DNA of 64,000 nt from an uncultured Rhodospirillaceae bacterium (lineage in GTDB: Bacteria; Pseudomonadota; Alphaproteobacteria; MPNO01; UBA830): positions 11,666 to 75,665 of the forward strand of contig CAXBCP010000023.1 in NCBI GenBank assembly GCA_963974055.1. Direction: 5' to 3'. The position numbers were made by a program, and so were the translations under genes. A model generated the notes under the pieces. The model did no database searches. It was given only the letters and a program-made list of their open reading frames with translations, and was not told the DNA's origin. This document shows positions 1-8,678 of this stretch, piece after piece (the stretch's first letter is position 1; the number at the start of each line of letters is the position of its first letter).

Positions 1-1540
1 TAAAGCCGCCGGTTTCGCTGAGGTCTCCCTTTTCCATCACGGCCATCTGGCTGACCATGCGGGCGTCCACGGCGCCGGGTTTGCCGATCTGTGCGCCAAG
101 GACGGGCATGAAGATCAGGGCCATGAAGAGCGACGCGGTCAGCGTTGCGATCAGGGTGATCGGCAGGAATTTCATGAATTCGCCGACAAGCCCGGGCCAG
201 AACAGCAGCGGCAGGAACGCCGCCAGCGTCGTGGCGGTCGAGGCGATAATTGGCCACGACATGCGCTTTGCCGCTTCGGCATAGGCCTTCGCCCGATGGG
301 TGCCCTCGATCATGCGCCTGTCGGCATATTCCGTGACGACGATGGCGCCGTCGACCAGCAGCCCGACGGACAGGATAAGGGCGAACAGGACGACCACGTT
401 CACCGTCATGCCGAACGCGGACAGCACCAGGATGCCGGTCAGGAAGGACCCGGGAATCGATATGCCGACCAGCAGGCCGGTACGGACGCCGAGGGCAGCG
501 ACGATGATGATCATCACCAGCAGGATGGCCGACAGCACGTTGTTCTGAAGATCGCGCAGCATGTCGCGGATGTTCTTGGAATCGTCGCTCGAAAACGTAA
601 CCGTGATTTCCGCCGGCCAGGACTTGCGTTCCTCCGCGACGAGGTCTTTTACGGAATTCACGGTTTCGATGATGTTCTGGCCGGTGCGTTTTTTCACTTC
701 GATAGAGATCGCCGGTTCGCCGTTGAGGCGCGCGTAGTTGTCGCGGTCCTCGAAGGTGCGCCGGACCGACGCGATGTCGCGGACGGTGACCACGGAATCG
801 CCACTGGTCTTGAGCGGCATGTCGAGGATGTCGTTGACGTTCTCGAACAGGCCGGGAACCTTGATGGCGAAACTGCCTTTTTCGCCGCGCAGAGACCCGG
901 CGGCGATCAGCAGGTTGGAGCGGCTGACCGCGTCCAGGATGGCCCTGGGGTCGAGGGCGTAGGAATCGACCAGCAGGGGGTCGATGATGATTTCGACCTG
1001 TTCGTCGCGGTCGCCGCCGATCGTCGCCTCGAGAACGCTGGAAATGCCTTCGATTTTTTCCTGCAGGTCGCGGCTGATTTTCAGCAAGGTCCGCTCGGGA
1101 ACCTCGCCGCCCAGCGTGACGATGATGATGGGAAACAGGCTCAGATTGACCTCGTTCACGGTCGGCTCGTCCGCGGATTCGGGAAGTTCGGCCTTCGCTA
1201 TATCCACTTTTTCGCGGACATCGGCGAGGGCGAGGTCGGCGTTGAACCCGGCCTCGAATTCCAGCAGGACGTTCGCGCCGCCCTGATAGGCGCTGGACCG
1301 GATTTCCTTGATGCCCTCGATCGATTTGACCTCCGTCTCCATCGGACGGACGAGCAGGCGTTCCGCGTCTTCCGGTGAAATACCCTTCAGCGTCATCGAC
1401 ACGTAGATAATCGGGACATTGACGTCGGGCCGGGCTTCCTTGGGAATATTGAGGTAGGACGAAAACCCGGCGATCAGCAGCAATACGAGGACCGCAAGGA
1501 CGGTCCGCGAACGCGACAGGGCAGCGTCGATAATGCTCAT
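1..1540 (-). CDS. RND efflux permease subunit (AcrB/AcrD/AcrF family), 3' part runs off the window
   Basis: Manual translation from ATG at 1540: MSIIDAALSRSRTVLAVLVLLLIAGFSSYLNIPKEARPDVNVPIIYVSMTLKGISPEDAERLLVRPME, a typical AcrB N-terminus; overlaps the stop of the adaptor gene. Confidence 0.9.
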   Translation of the reverse strand, partial: MSIIDAALSRSRTVLAVLVLLLIAGFSSYLNIPKEARPDVNVPIIYVSMTLKGISPEDAERLLVRPMETEVKSIEGIKEIRSSAYQGGANVLLEFEAGFNADLALADVREKVDIAKAELPESADEPTVNEVNLSLFPIIIVTLGGEVPERTLLKISRDLQEKIEGISSVLEATIGGDRDEQVEIIIDPLLVDSYALDPRAILDAVSRSNLLIAAGSLRGEKGSFAIKVPGLFENVNDILDMPLKTSGDSVVTVRDIASVRRTFEDRDNYARLNGEPAISIEVKKRTGQNIIETVNSVKDLVAEERKSWPAEITVTFSSDDSKNIRDMLRDLQNNVLSAILLVMIIIVAALGVRTGLLVGISIPGSFLTGILVLSAFGMTVNVVVLFALILSVGLLVDGAIVVTEYADRRMIEGTHRAKAYAEAAKRMSWPIIASTATTLAAFLPLLFWPGLVGEFMKFLPITLIATLTASLFMALIFMPVLGAQIGKPGAVDARMVSQMAVMEKGDLSETGGF

Positions 1541-2619
1541 GACCCGGCGATTTCCGCTTCGGCCACCGGTTTCACCTTCTGGCCCGAGCGGACATATTCA
1601 TGGCCGACGGTGATCAGCCTGTCGCCGTCCTGCAGGCCCGATATCCATAACCCTTCGGGTGAATCGGAGAGGATCGAAATCGCCTTGAAGCGGACGATGT
1701 CGCCGTCATCGACCGTCCGGACACCGATACGGCCGTCATCCGACAGGGTCAGGACCGCGGGCGAAACCACATGCGCCTTTACCGGCGGCAGGGGGAGTGA
1801 GAGCTTGCCGGTCAGCCCGGCGCGTATCCGGTAGTCCGGGTTGGGAATTTCCAGCTCGATCCGGAACGACCGTGTCTGCGGGTCCGATACCGAGGCGATA
1901 TAGCGGATCGTGCCGGTCGCGGTTGTCCCGTCGATGAACGTAACCTGTCCCTGTTCGCCGACCGAAATGGAACCGATTTCGCGCTCCGACGCGGACCCGA
2001 CCGCGAGGACGGGATCGAGGTCGACGATCTTCGCAACCGCGTCGCCGGCCTTTACGTAATCGCCTTTTTCGACATGGCGCGTTTCCAGCACGCCCCGGAA
2101 CGGCGCCTTGAGGGTGGTGCGCGACAGGTCGATCTGCATCGACTTGGTTCTGGCGCGGGCGGCGTCCAGCTGGGCGCGGGCCTCGGCGAGCTTGGTGTCG
2201 GACCTGAACCCTTTTTTCGCCAGTTCCGTGGCGGCGCGGTATTCGATCTCGCGCTGCCGGACCAGCGCCGTCGCCTCCGAGAGCAGGGCATTGCGGTCTT
2301 CCGCGCTCTGGCGGGCGACGGTGTCGCCGGCGTCAAGGATGCGTCCCTCGACGGCGGGCACGTCGACGATCGGACCGGCGGTCTCCGCGCGTAAGGTGAC
2401 GAGGCGGGATTCTTCGGTGCGGCCGTTCACAACCAGGGACGCGTTTCGTATCCGGGCCGTCACCGACCGTACCCGCACGGATACGACCGGTTTTGCCGTT
2501 TCCTGTTTCCCGGCGCCGTTGGCGGCCGCCTGGCGGTCGGCGCCGCCGAACTGGCCGGAGGCGATCCAGGCGGTGGCGCCGATGGCGAGGATTCCGGCGA
2601 CGATGACGGACGTTCTCAT
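1537..2619 (-). CDS. RND efflux periplasmic adaptor (membrane fusion protein)
   Basis: N-terminal anchor, lipoyl-like halves, TLKAPFRG and DPQTRSFRIELEIPN motifs; upstream of the AcrB-like gene. Confidence 0.9.
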   Translation of the reverse strand: MRTSVIVAGILAIGATAWIASGQFGGADRQAAANGAGKQETAKPVVSVRVRSVTARIRNASLVVNGRTEESRLVTLRAETAGPIVDVPAVEGRILDAGDTVARQSAEDRNALLSEATALVRQREIEYRAATELAKKGFRSDTKLAEARAQLDAARARTKSMQIDLSRTTLKAPFRGVLETRHVEKGDYVKAGDAVAKIVDLDPVLAVGSASEREIGSISVGEQGQVTFIDGTTATGTIRYIASVSDPQTRSFRIELEIPNPDYRIRAGLTGKLSLPLPPVKAHVVSPAVLTLSDDGRIGVRTVDDGDIVRFKAISILSDSPEGLWISGLQDGDRLITVGHEYVRSGQKVKPVAEAEIAGS

Positions 2620-3197
2620 GTCTTTGCCTCCTGCGCGGAGGAGGGGATGCTTTCGTCCGCCGGACCGTGCATTTCATTCCTGAGCGCCGCGCCGACAAGT
2701 TCGTGCCGGTGGTTTTCAAGGTAATCGGCGGCGGCCCGGTAGATCGCCATGCCGTACCCCAGGGAAAACGCTTCGCCGCCGGGCATGTCCGGCCTGCGGC
2801 ATTCTTCCATTTCGCCGAGCCGGTGATTCAGCATTTCGACGCGCGCGGAGATCAGGTTGTCGATGTCCCTGGCGGGCAGAAGCTGGCCGAAGAACATCGT
2901 GAACAGAAAATCGGATCGCAGCCGGTCCGGTCCGGGCGGTTCTTCCAGCGCCTGGATCAGCGCAAGCCGCCCCGCCGGGGTGATCGAATAGACTTTCTTT
3001 GCCGGTTTGCCGTCCTGGCGGATGTCCTGCACCGAGATCAGGCCGGCCCCTTTCAGCGCGCTGAGAGCCGGATATATGGAGCCGAAGCCGGCCGCGTAGA
3101 AATAGGCGAAGGGGCCTTCTTCGCACTGTTTCTTGATTTCATAACCCGTGGCGTCGCCGCGGGAAAGAACACCCAGACAAAGTGTTTTAACGTCCAT
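2616..3197 (-). CDS. PadR family transcriptional regulator
   Basis: LGVLSRGDATGYEIKK...GSIYPALSAL...KKVYSITPAGR PadR signature; heads the efflux operon. Confidence 0.9.
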   Translation of the reverse strand: MDVKTLCLGVLSRGDATGYEIKKQCEEGPFAYFYAAGFGSIYPALSALKGAGLISVQDIRQDGKPAKKVYSITPAGRLALIQALEEPPGPDRLRSDFLFTMFFGQLLPARDIDNLISARVEMLNHRLGEMEECRRPDMPGGEAFSLGYGMAIYRAAADYLENHRHELVGAALRNEMHGPADESIPSSAQEAKT

Positions 3198-3370
3198 ATC
3201 GGGGGCCTGACCGTTGAGAGAATTTATAATTGATATATGTTGGTTCGATATATATAATTGCTTCCGGCCAAAAATTCAAACACTATCGCGGCCGCAGGAC
3301 GGAACATTCGAAAAGCCGGTTTGGTTCGGCCGGGGATATGTCGCCGGCGCGGGAATCAGGATACCGGAAT

Positions 3371-3379
3371 TTATCCACA
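3371..3379 (+). promoter_or_regulatory. Perfect DnaA box TTATCCACA
   Basis: Exact consensus 9-mer in an intergenic region; function untested. Confidence 0.35.
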
Positions 3380-3488
3380 GGATGTCCGCATTTGCGTTGA
3401 AGAAATGTGTCGGATTTTTTTACAGTTTCGTGACGGCCGACCGCCTGTTTCGTGCTTAAGGTATTGATAAGTAACGGTTATGAAGAAC

Positions 3489-3504
3489 TGGCATGAGTCT
3501 TGCA
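3489..3504 (+). promoter_or_regulatory. Sigma54 (-24/-12) promoter
   Basis: TGGCATG-AGTC-TTGCA matches TGGCACG-N4-TTGCW with correct GG/GC spacing. Confidence 0.65.
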
Positions 3505-3515
3505 TACGATATACC

Positions 3516-3816
3516 GTTGTATTCGCGGGCCGGTGAACGAAGCGTATTCCGCATTAAAGGGATGGGCGTCGGAAGCCGGATTGAATTCGTCCGGGGGTGC
3601 CGGACGCCGCATGTTTGAGTTGAGAAATCCAAAACGGGCAATGCCTACCCTGCCTGTTTGGAGGTTGCGCTGCAGACGCTTCGGCAAATGTGGTGCGACT
3701 GATGGGCTGCCGGATGCCTACCCCCGGCAGGTCGTCATGCGGACTGTCTGACGCCTACCCCGGACAGTCCCCAAAAAGGCGGCGGTTCAGCGTATCCGGA
3801 CCGCCGCCGCTTTTTT
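3516..3816 (+). ncRNA. Candidate small RNA with three stem-loops sharing the loop AYGCCTACCC
   Basis: Hairpins at 3632-3659, 3707-3730 and 3741-3770, each with a 10-nt loop (ATGCCTACCC, ATGCCTACCC, ACGCCTACCC); upstream sigma54 promoter and downstream terminator; 5' end estimated from promoter position. Confidence 0.65.
3773..3816. terminator. Rho-independent terminator, probably bidirectional
   Basis: AAAAA-GGCGGCGGT...ACCGCCGCC-GC-TTTTTT. Confidence 0.75.
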
Positions 3817-3902
3817 CCGTATATTGATATCGCAGCGATACCGGCGCGGTCCTGTAAGGGCCGGCACGGGGGCTTTTCAACTATCAGATTGAGACCTGGA
3901 GA

Positions 3903-3909
3903 TTGGCTG
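3903..3909 (+). repeat. Left attachment core TTGGCTG
   Basis: Identical to 24825-24831; context GAGATTGGCTG versus GAGATTTGGCTG. Confidence 0.75.
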
Positions 3910-4005
3910 CCCTTCTTGAACACGTATAGAACCAATTGTCTCGCGCCGGAGGCTGAATTTCGCAGGCTCATTCAAGAAATTTCTAATCTCGACGCGGCGG
4001 CATAG
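3904..4005 (+). other. Displaced C-terminal coding segment of the island recombinase (WLPFLNTYRTNCLAPEAEFRRLIQEISNLDAAA*)
   Basis: Open frame starting at the att core TGG CTG, the same two codons the recombinase reads in frame at 24826-24831; has no start codon of its own. Confidence 0.7.
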
Positions 4006-4302
4006 CGGAAATTCGGGCCATGCGCAGACAACGAACGTTTCGAGCCCGTCGACGCCGTTCGACGCTGCGCAGCGAATGACCGCTTCCGGGACAGCCCGAC
4101 GAAAAACGTGTCAAGTCAGGGTGGAGTTTTGCCAAGGGGCTCTGACAAAGCAATCTTAAGCGTCCACACTGGACCTCTTGCGCGGGTCACTATGACCTTC
4201 GTTGGTTTATCTCAAAGCACACAAAAGCTCCTTGCAGGTGGGTAGAGACACCACCTTGGAGAGGACACCGGGATGGGGTTGTAACATAAACATTCTCGCA
4301 GG

Positions 4303-6516
4303 TTACTCGGGCCGAACGATCTTATGGTCGACCAGCGGTCCTTCAAGAATCTTGCTCACGCCGCTCCGCTCATTCGTAGTCGCGATCACGAGCTCCTGAG
4401 CGGCCCTACTCGCCCCAAGATACACGCGGGAAATGTAGCGCCTTTTGGCACCGATCCCCATGCCATCAACCGACCAATCGGCGTCGTCTAGATTTACGAG
4501 AAACACGGAATCAAACTGTAGTCCCGCCACGTATTCCGGCATGCTAAGGACGCATCTCTTCTTTGCGTATCTCAACTCTCGCATGTCATCGCGGGACACC
4601 ACAGTGACCACTTTGTCTTTGACCCTCGATGCCATCATGTACGTCTTGAAGCGCTCTTCGTTCATACAGAGGACTGCCACCTGCCGGCCGCCTCCATCCA
4701 AGGCGTTCGCTCTCCGGTTCGCCTCCTCCAAAACGCTATCGATCATTTCGATGTCGGTCTCGAACTCCCAGAGCTCTGGAACCGGCCCGCTTTCCCGGCT
4801 TGAATTGCCGGAGTATTCTCGAAATTCCCCCTCCAGATCCAGCGCAGGAAAGCTCGCATCCAGCCCGGCGAGCAGCTCGACGATTTCCGGCGTCGACCGG
4901 TATACTTTCTCAAGATCGACCTGTTCGGACGGCCCAATGCCAGGGTTGCGGAACCGCTTTCCGCCCACATTCAGGGCGTTGTCGGAGGTGCTCTGCTTCA
5001 GGTCGTAGGCCATGAGAAGCGGCCACTTCCCGTCTACGCGTGCCCGGGTTGCGAAAAGGTTGTGGAAAACCATCGCCTCAACCCGATTGAAGTAGTGATA
5101 CTCGTCCACGAAAATGGCGTCGAACCCGACGGAATCGCGGAGTTGATCCCATTCGTGCAGGACGAGATATCTTTCGAAATCGGATATCATCTGGTCCATA
5201 CTCAGGAAATTCTCGGCCCGAAGTGCTTGGCGGTATTTCTCGTGAAGTTCTAGAAGCAGCTTCCGATCAGCCTCGGTCTTGAGCTCCATCTGCCATCTCT
5301 CTCGTGTAGTCGTGACATACCGAGCGGCTTCAGTCGTTCCCTTCCGGATTTTCTCCGCATCGAGAATACACGCGAATTCGTTTCCGATTTCCTGAATTAG
5401 AGTGTCGGGCGGATCGTCATCATCGAAGATCTCCAGCAAACTCTCGCATTGTTTGCGGAGCGTAAGCACGAAACGCGGATGCAATCGGATTTCCTTGATC
5501 GCGTCGCGTATTAGCATTGCCTGTATCTCTCGGCCTTCCATTCCGTCTGAGGAGAGTGGGGTAAGGCCCTTTTTCTCGTAGCTTAGCAACTCGCGTGCAA
5601 GCTCGTAGAGCGTGCCGACCCAGAGCTTCGGCTTTCCGTCCACGGTCTGAAGAGACGCCCATCTCTCGGTGGGGTCGAGCGCGTGGAACGTTTGCCTGAG
5701 AACGTCGTGGGCCAGAGCGGAACTGTGCGTCAGGAACGCGAACCTCTTTTGGTTCTCGCCGTCAGCGTCCTCATAGAGGTCCCTCAAGCATTTTACGGCC
5801 ATCGCCTGTGTCTTTCCTGTTCCTGCCGCGCCGCGCAGGCGCACAGGGGCGGAATAGTCTTTTTCGACGAATGCCAGCTGCTCTTTATTAAGCTTGTATT
5901 GGTACCATTCTTGCAGCGTTCCGGACGAACTGAGGTCCAGCTTCTTGGGCATCAACAAGAGGATACCGTATTCTCCGACTGTCGATGTCCGTTCTTTGTC
6001 GTCCTTAACCAAGGCGTCAAGAAACCCTTCCTTGGCACGTTCGTAGACCGTATAGCTAATATTCAAACCATTGAAGCCCTGTGTTTCGGACGTCACTGCA
6101 AAAACGAAAAGGTTGGTGTTGTCGCCCTGCGGCGATTGGTCGAAGTGGAGCCGCGGCCCCCCCGGTCGCCTAGACGGCGCGGCATAGATCGAAAGGAGTG
6201 ATCCCTCACGGTAGGGTTGCCACGCAATCGGCAATGAAATGTTGCGGTCGAATTGTCGCATCCCCACACGGGCGATGCGACTCAGAAGAGCAATCGAACT
6301 GATCTCCGGGCTGAAGATCACCGCGTCGGCGACCACGAAAGCGCTTGTTTCGTCGGCGTCGTCCGTAAGTATATATACGATATCATTTAGTTCGACCTTT
6401 CGAAGACCCAAGGCATTGTCGGGAATATCGAAATTTTCGAACCAAGACTCGTCGATCAGCGCGGAATCAAGCGCAGAGAGAGCGGACCCGACAATAACAA
6501 CCCCCTTATACGCCAT
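4303..6516 (-). CDS. UvrD/REP-like superfamily 1 helicase with an uncharacterised N-terminal region
   Basis: GAAGTGKT (I), FLTHSSAL (Ia), IFVDEYH (II), YDLKQS (III), VYRSTPEI (IV), GLQFDSVFL (V), YLGASRA (VI). Confidence 0.8.
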   Translation of the reverse strand: MAYKGVVIVGSALSALDSALIDESWFENFDIPDNALGLRKVELNDIVYILTDDADETSAFVVADAVIFSPEISSIALLSRIARVGMRQFDRNISLPIAWQPYREGSLLSIYAAPSRRPGGPRLHFDQSPQGDNTNLFVFAVTSETQGFNGLNISYTVYERAKEGFLDALVKDDKERTSTVGEYGILLLMPKKLDLSSSGTLQEWYQYKLNKEQLAFVEKDYSAPVRLRGAAGTGKTQAMAVKCLRDLYEDADGENQKRFAFLTHSSALAHDVLRQTFHALDPTERWASLQTVDGKPKLWVGTLYELARELLSYEKKGLTPLSSDGMEGREIQAMLIRDAIKEIRLHPRFVLTLRKQCESLLEIFDDDDPPDTLIQEIGNEFACILDAEKIRKGTTEAARYVTTTRERWQMELKTEADRKLLLELHEKYRQALRAENFLSMDQMISDFERYLVLHEWDQLRDSVGFDAIFVDEYHYFNRVEAMVFHNLFATRARVDGKWPLLMAYDLKQSTSDNALNVGGKRFRNPGIGPSEQVDLEKVYRSTPEIVELLAGLDASFPALDLEGEFREYSGNSSRESGPVPELWEFETDIEMIDSVLEEANRRANALDGGGRQVAVLCMNEERFKTYMMASRVKDKVVTVVSRDDMRELRYAKKRCVLSMPEYVAGLQFDSVFLVNLDDADWSVDGMGIGAKRRYISRVYLGASRAAQELVIATTNERSGVSKILEGPLVDHKIVRPE

Positions 6517-7363
6517 TATTAGCTACCTCCGAGTTCTTTTGGTCGACCAGCAGTTGGGCCGCCACCCGGCATTCTTCCTCAAATGCTCGCGGCGACCCTA
6601 TCCGCGAGAAAAGAAAGGCCATCTTCTGCACTATCTGGTACCTCAGTCCATCGGAGAACCGACCGACCCTGTAGAAAGCGTGTGGTTGATCGTGAATTCT
6701 GATCTCTGCTATCGATCGAAATACTTCGGTTTCGGGGACGCCGGAGATGTCGCGCAGCCGGACGACGAACCCTTCAGATTTGCTTCCTGGGATGCCGGGG
6801 ACGAACACGTAATCAGCGAAGCCGCCCGGCTGCTCCAAGCAGCGTCGCGCCTCGTCTAGAATCTTTTCTCGCTTCTGCGAAAATGTCTCCGCGCATTTCA
6901 AGAGATCCGAAAGCCCCTCACTGTCGCCGTTCGAACACAAAGCCGCGTTGATAGCGGTGATCCTCGCGCGCAGCTTGACGTCTTCCACACCGATGGTATC
7001 GATAATCTGGTCGGCGCCCTCTTCCTGCATCCACTGCAACAGATCCGCAGTCTCCAGAAGGCGCAAACTAGCATCTTTACTCTTCAAGAGTGAATTCAAC
7101 TGTTCGCAGATGGGGCCGAGTTGCTTTTGTACCAACTTGTCAAGTTGCTCCTTTGCCCAATAGCGCTCGATGAACCTGTCCGCGGGAATGATCTCCATCC
7201 AGGAGATCAGGCTAGAGTTCTTTTTTTGTTCGATGTCGCAATCGGCGTTCAGGATGAAGCCCCATTGAAACTGCTCCTCATTGTCTATTGGGACCGCACG
7301 GCGAATGATGTCGCCCTGCATGAAGTTCTCGTCCTCGGAGACCTCCTGAAGATGGTCAGCCAT
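6506..7363 (-). CDS. Hypothetical protein (QGDI...ILNADCD motif; possibly PemK/MazF-like fold)
   Basis: ATG at 7363 with a strong GAGGAGGGG RBS; 285 aa; overlaps the helicase start by 11 nt; fold call is inference. Confidence 0.7.
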   Translation of the reverse strand: MADHLQEVSEDENFMQGDIIRRAVPIDNEEQFQWGFILNADCDIEQKKNSSLISWMEIIPADRFIERYWAKEQLDKLVQKQLGPICEQLNSLLKSKDASLRLLETADLLQWMQEEGADQIIDTIGVEDVKLRARITAINAALCSNGDSEGLSDLLKCAETFSQKREKILDEARRCLEQPGGFADYVFVPGIPGSKSEGFVVRLRDISGVPETEVFRSIAEIRIHDQPHAFYRVGRFSDGLRYQIVQKMAFLFSRIGSPRAFEEECRVAAQLLVDQKNSEVANNGV

Positions 7364-7714
7364 CAGGACACCCCTCCTCGGCATAGAGCAACAAACAAGG
7401 TCGGGTCCTGCCGAATCCTACCGACTTGAATCGGCAAGATGTCGGGGCGCGACGTACTTGGCAGTAGCGGTGGTGACCACTCGGATTATGCATTAGATTC
7501 GGCATTTAGTTGTGCGGCTTTTGCCAAGTTAGTGCTTCCAATACGTAGCCTCGCCGATGGCACCACGCTTGGCAACCCGGTGTGTATCGGCCTAGTTGGG
7601 ACTAAGAGCCTTACTTCTACAGTCGGAAATGGTTCACTTGGCACAGACAATCGATTTCTGGGCAGGGTTTGTGTCCGGGATCAACCTTATAGCTTTCGGC
7701 ACGACAGCCAAAGT

Positions 7715-7880
7715 CGAGTTTCGGCGATTGGTGAAGGCGTTGTCCGTCGTTTTGCCCGCTGGCGAGAAGTCCAGCGCAACGCTTTTCTGATAGGCTTGCA
7801 GTTCCAGGGCCCGCGAGAGGAAATCGCTGCCCTGATCGACATGGATCGTTTTCGGATAAAGTACGCCAGATAAACCGATC
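7715..7880 (-). pseudogene. IS3-family transposase (integrase core) remnant
   Basis: YPKTIHVDQGSDFLSRALELQAYQKSVALDFSPAGKTTDNAF resembles the IS3 OrfB xDNGxEF...WAY...LDFSRPGKPTDNAF segment; rest of the element missing; limits approximate. Confidence 0.7.
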
Positions 7881-8270
7881 AAACGAGGTTGGGGGCAGCC
7901 AAGGCTCTGGGAGGCGTTACGACAGGGTCGAGGGGATGGCGACCTCTTCGGCCGGAGATCGAGCCTGAACTCAACACAGAAATGCGGGGATGGGGCGATA
8001 CTGCCCGGAAAGGTCTTCCAATTAACAAGCCTCATCTCGATCGGTGTCAGGGGCAATACCACTGGATCGTGAGAGTTTCTGGGTATCTGTAACAAAAAAG
8101 TGGCCCAGATTTAGGGAGGAAGTACCCATTTCCGACTTGAATCGCCGTCTCCGGATCCAGATGCAGCACCCAGCCCTGCGCCTCGTTTTGGTCATTGTTT
8201 AGTAATCGCTATACGATTCGGGGTTGTTAAGTGTAAAGTGCTTTCTAAACAAAAACTGGAGTGAGGGACC

Positions 8271-8627
8271 ATGACTGACGTTAGCGAGAGATTCGGCGCG
8301 TACATACGGGAAAAACGGGAAGAAAAGGGGATCAGTTTGCGGGATATGGCGAGGCAGATCTCGGCGAGTCCCACATTTGTATCGAAGGTGGAAACTGAGG
8401 ACTGGAAGCCTGGCGAGGAAAAGCTGCGAAAGATAGCTCACGTCATCGAGTGCGATGAGGAGGAACTGATTGCGATGGCAGGGCGCGTGCCGTCAGAACT
8501 CTCAGATATCATCAAGCAGCACGCACATCGTCATGAACTTTCGGCATTGCTGCGGACGACACAGGGAATGTCCGCAGAAGAACTTGGAAAGCTGGTTGAG
8601 CAGGCGAAGAAAGCAAAAATGGATTGA
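8271..8627 (+). CDS. XRE family HTH transcriptional regulator (ImmR-like)
   Basis: FGAYIREKREEKGISLRDMARQISASPTFVSKVE HTH_3 signature. Confidence 0.9.
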   Translation: MTDVSERFGAYIREKREEKGISLRDMARQISASPTFVSKVETEDWKPGEEKLRKIAHVIECDEEELIAMAGRVPSELSDIIKQHAHRHELSALLRTTQGMSAEELGKLVEQAKKAKMD

Positions 8628-8678
8628 TTGCCTGCGAAAGTGGGCGCCCCCCGAAGATGAAAATGAGGATAACGAAAT

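Noticed and set aside
296-1378. Long plus-strand ORF, and similar long ORFs at 26963-28603, 28510-30276, 41139-42494, 47754-49304, 51902-53467, 55482-57818 and 62063-63862
   Set aside because: Antisense or alternate-frame shadows of well-supported genes, expected in high-GC DNA; no recognisable motifs
3500-3751. 83-aa ORF over the sRNA candidate
   Set aside because: Its start lies inside the sigma54 promoter, it has no RBS or recognisable domain, and the repeated hairpins explain the region better
3632-3770. Repeated loop motif considered as a mini-CRISPR array
   Set aside because: Only 10 nt repeat, spacing is irregular, flanks are self-complementary stems, and there are no cas genes; no CRISPR array was seen anywhere in the window
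4303-7363. Calling the helicase pair Gabija or Hachiman
   Set aside because: The partner lacks OLD ATPase/TOPRIM motifs, and the helicase is SF1 (UvrD-like) rather than the SF2 HamB type
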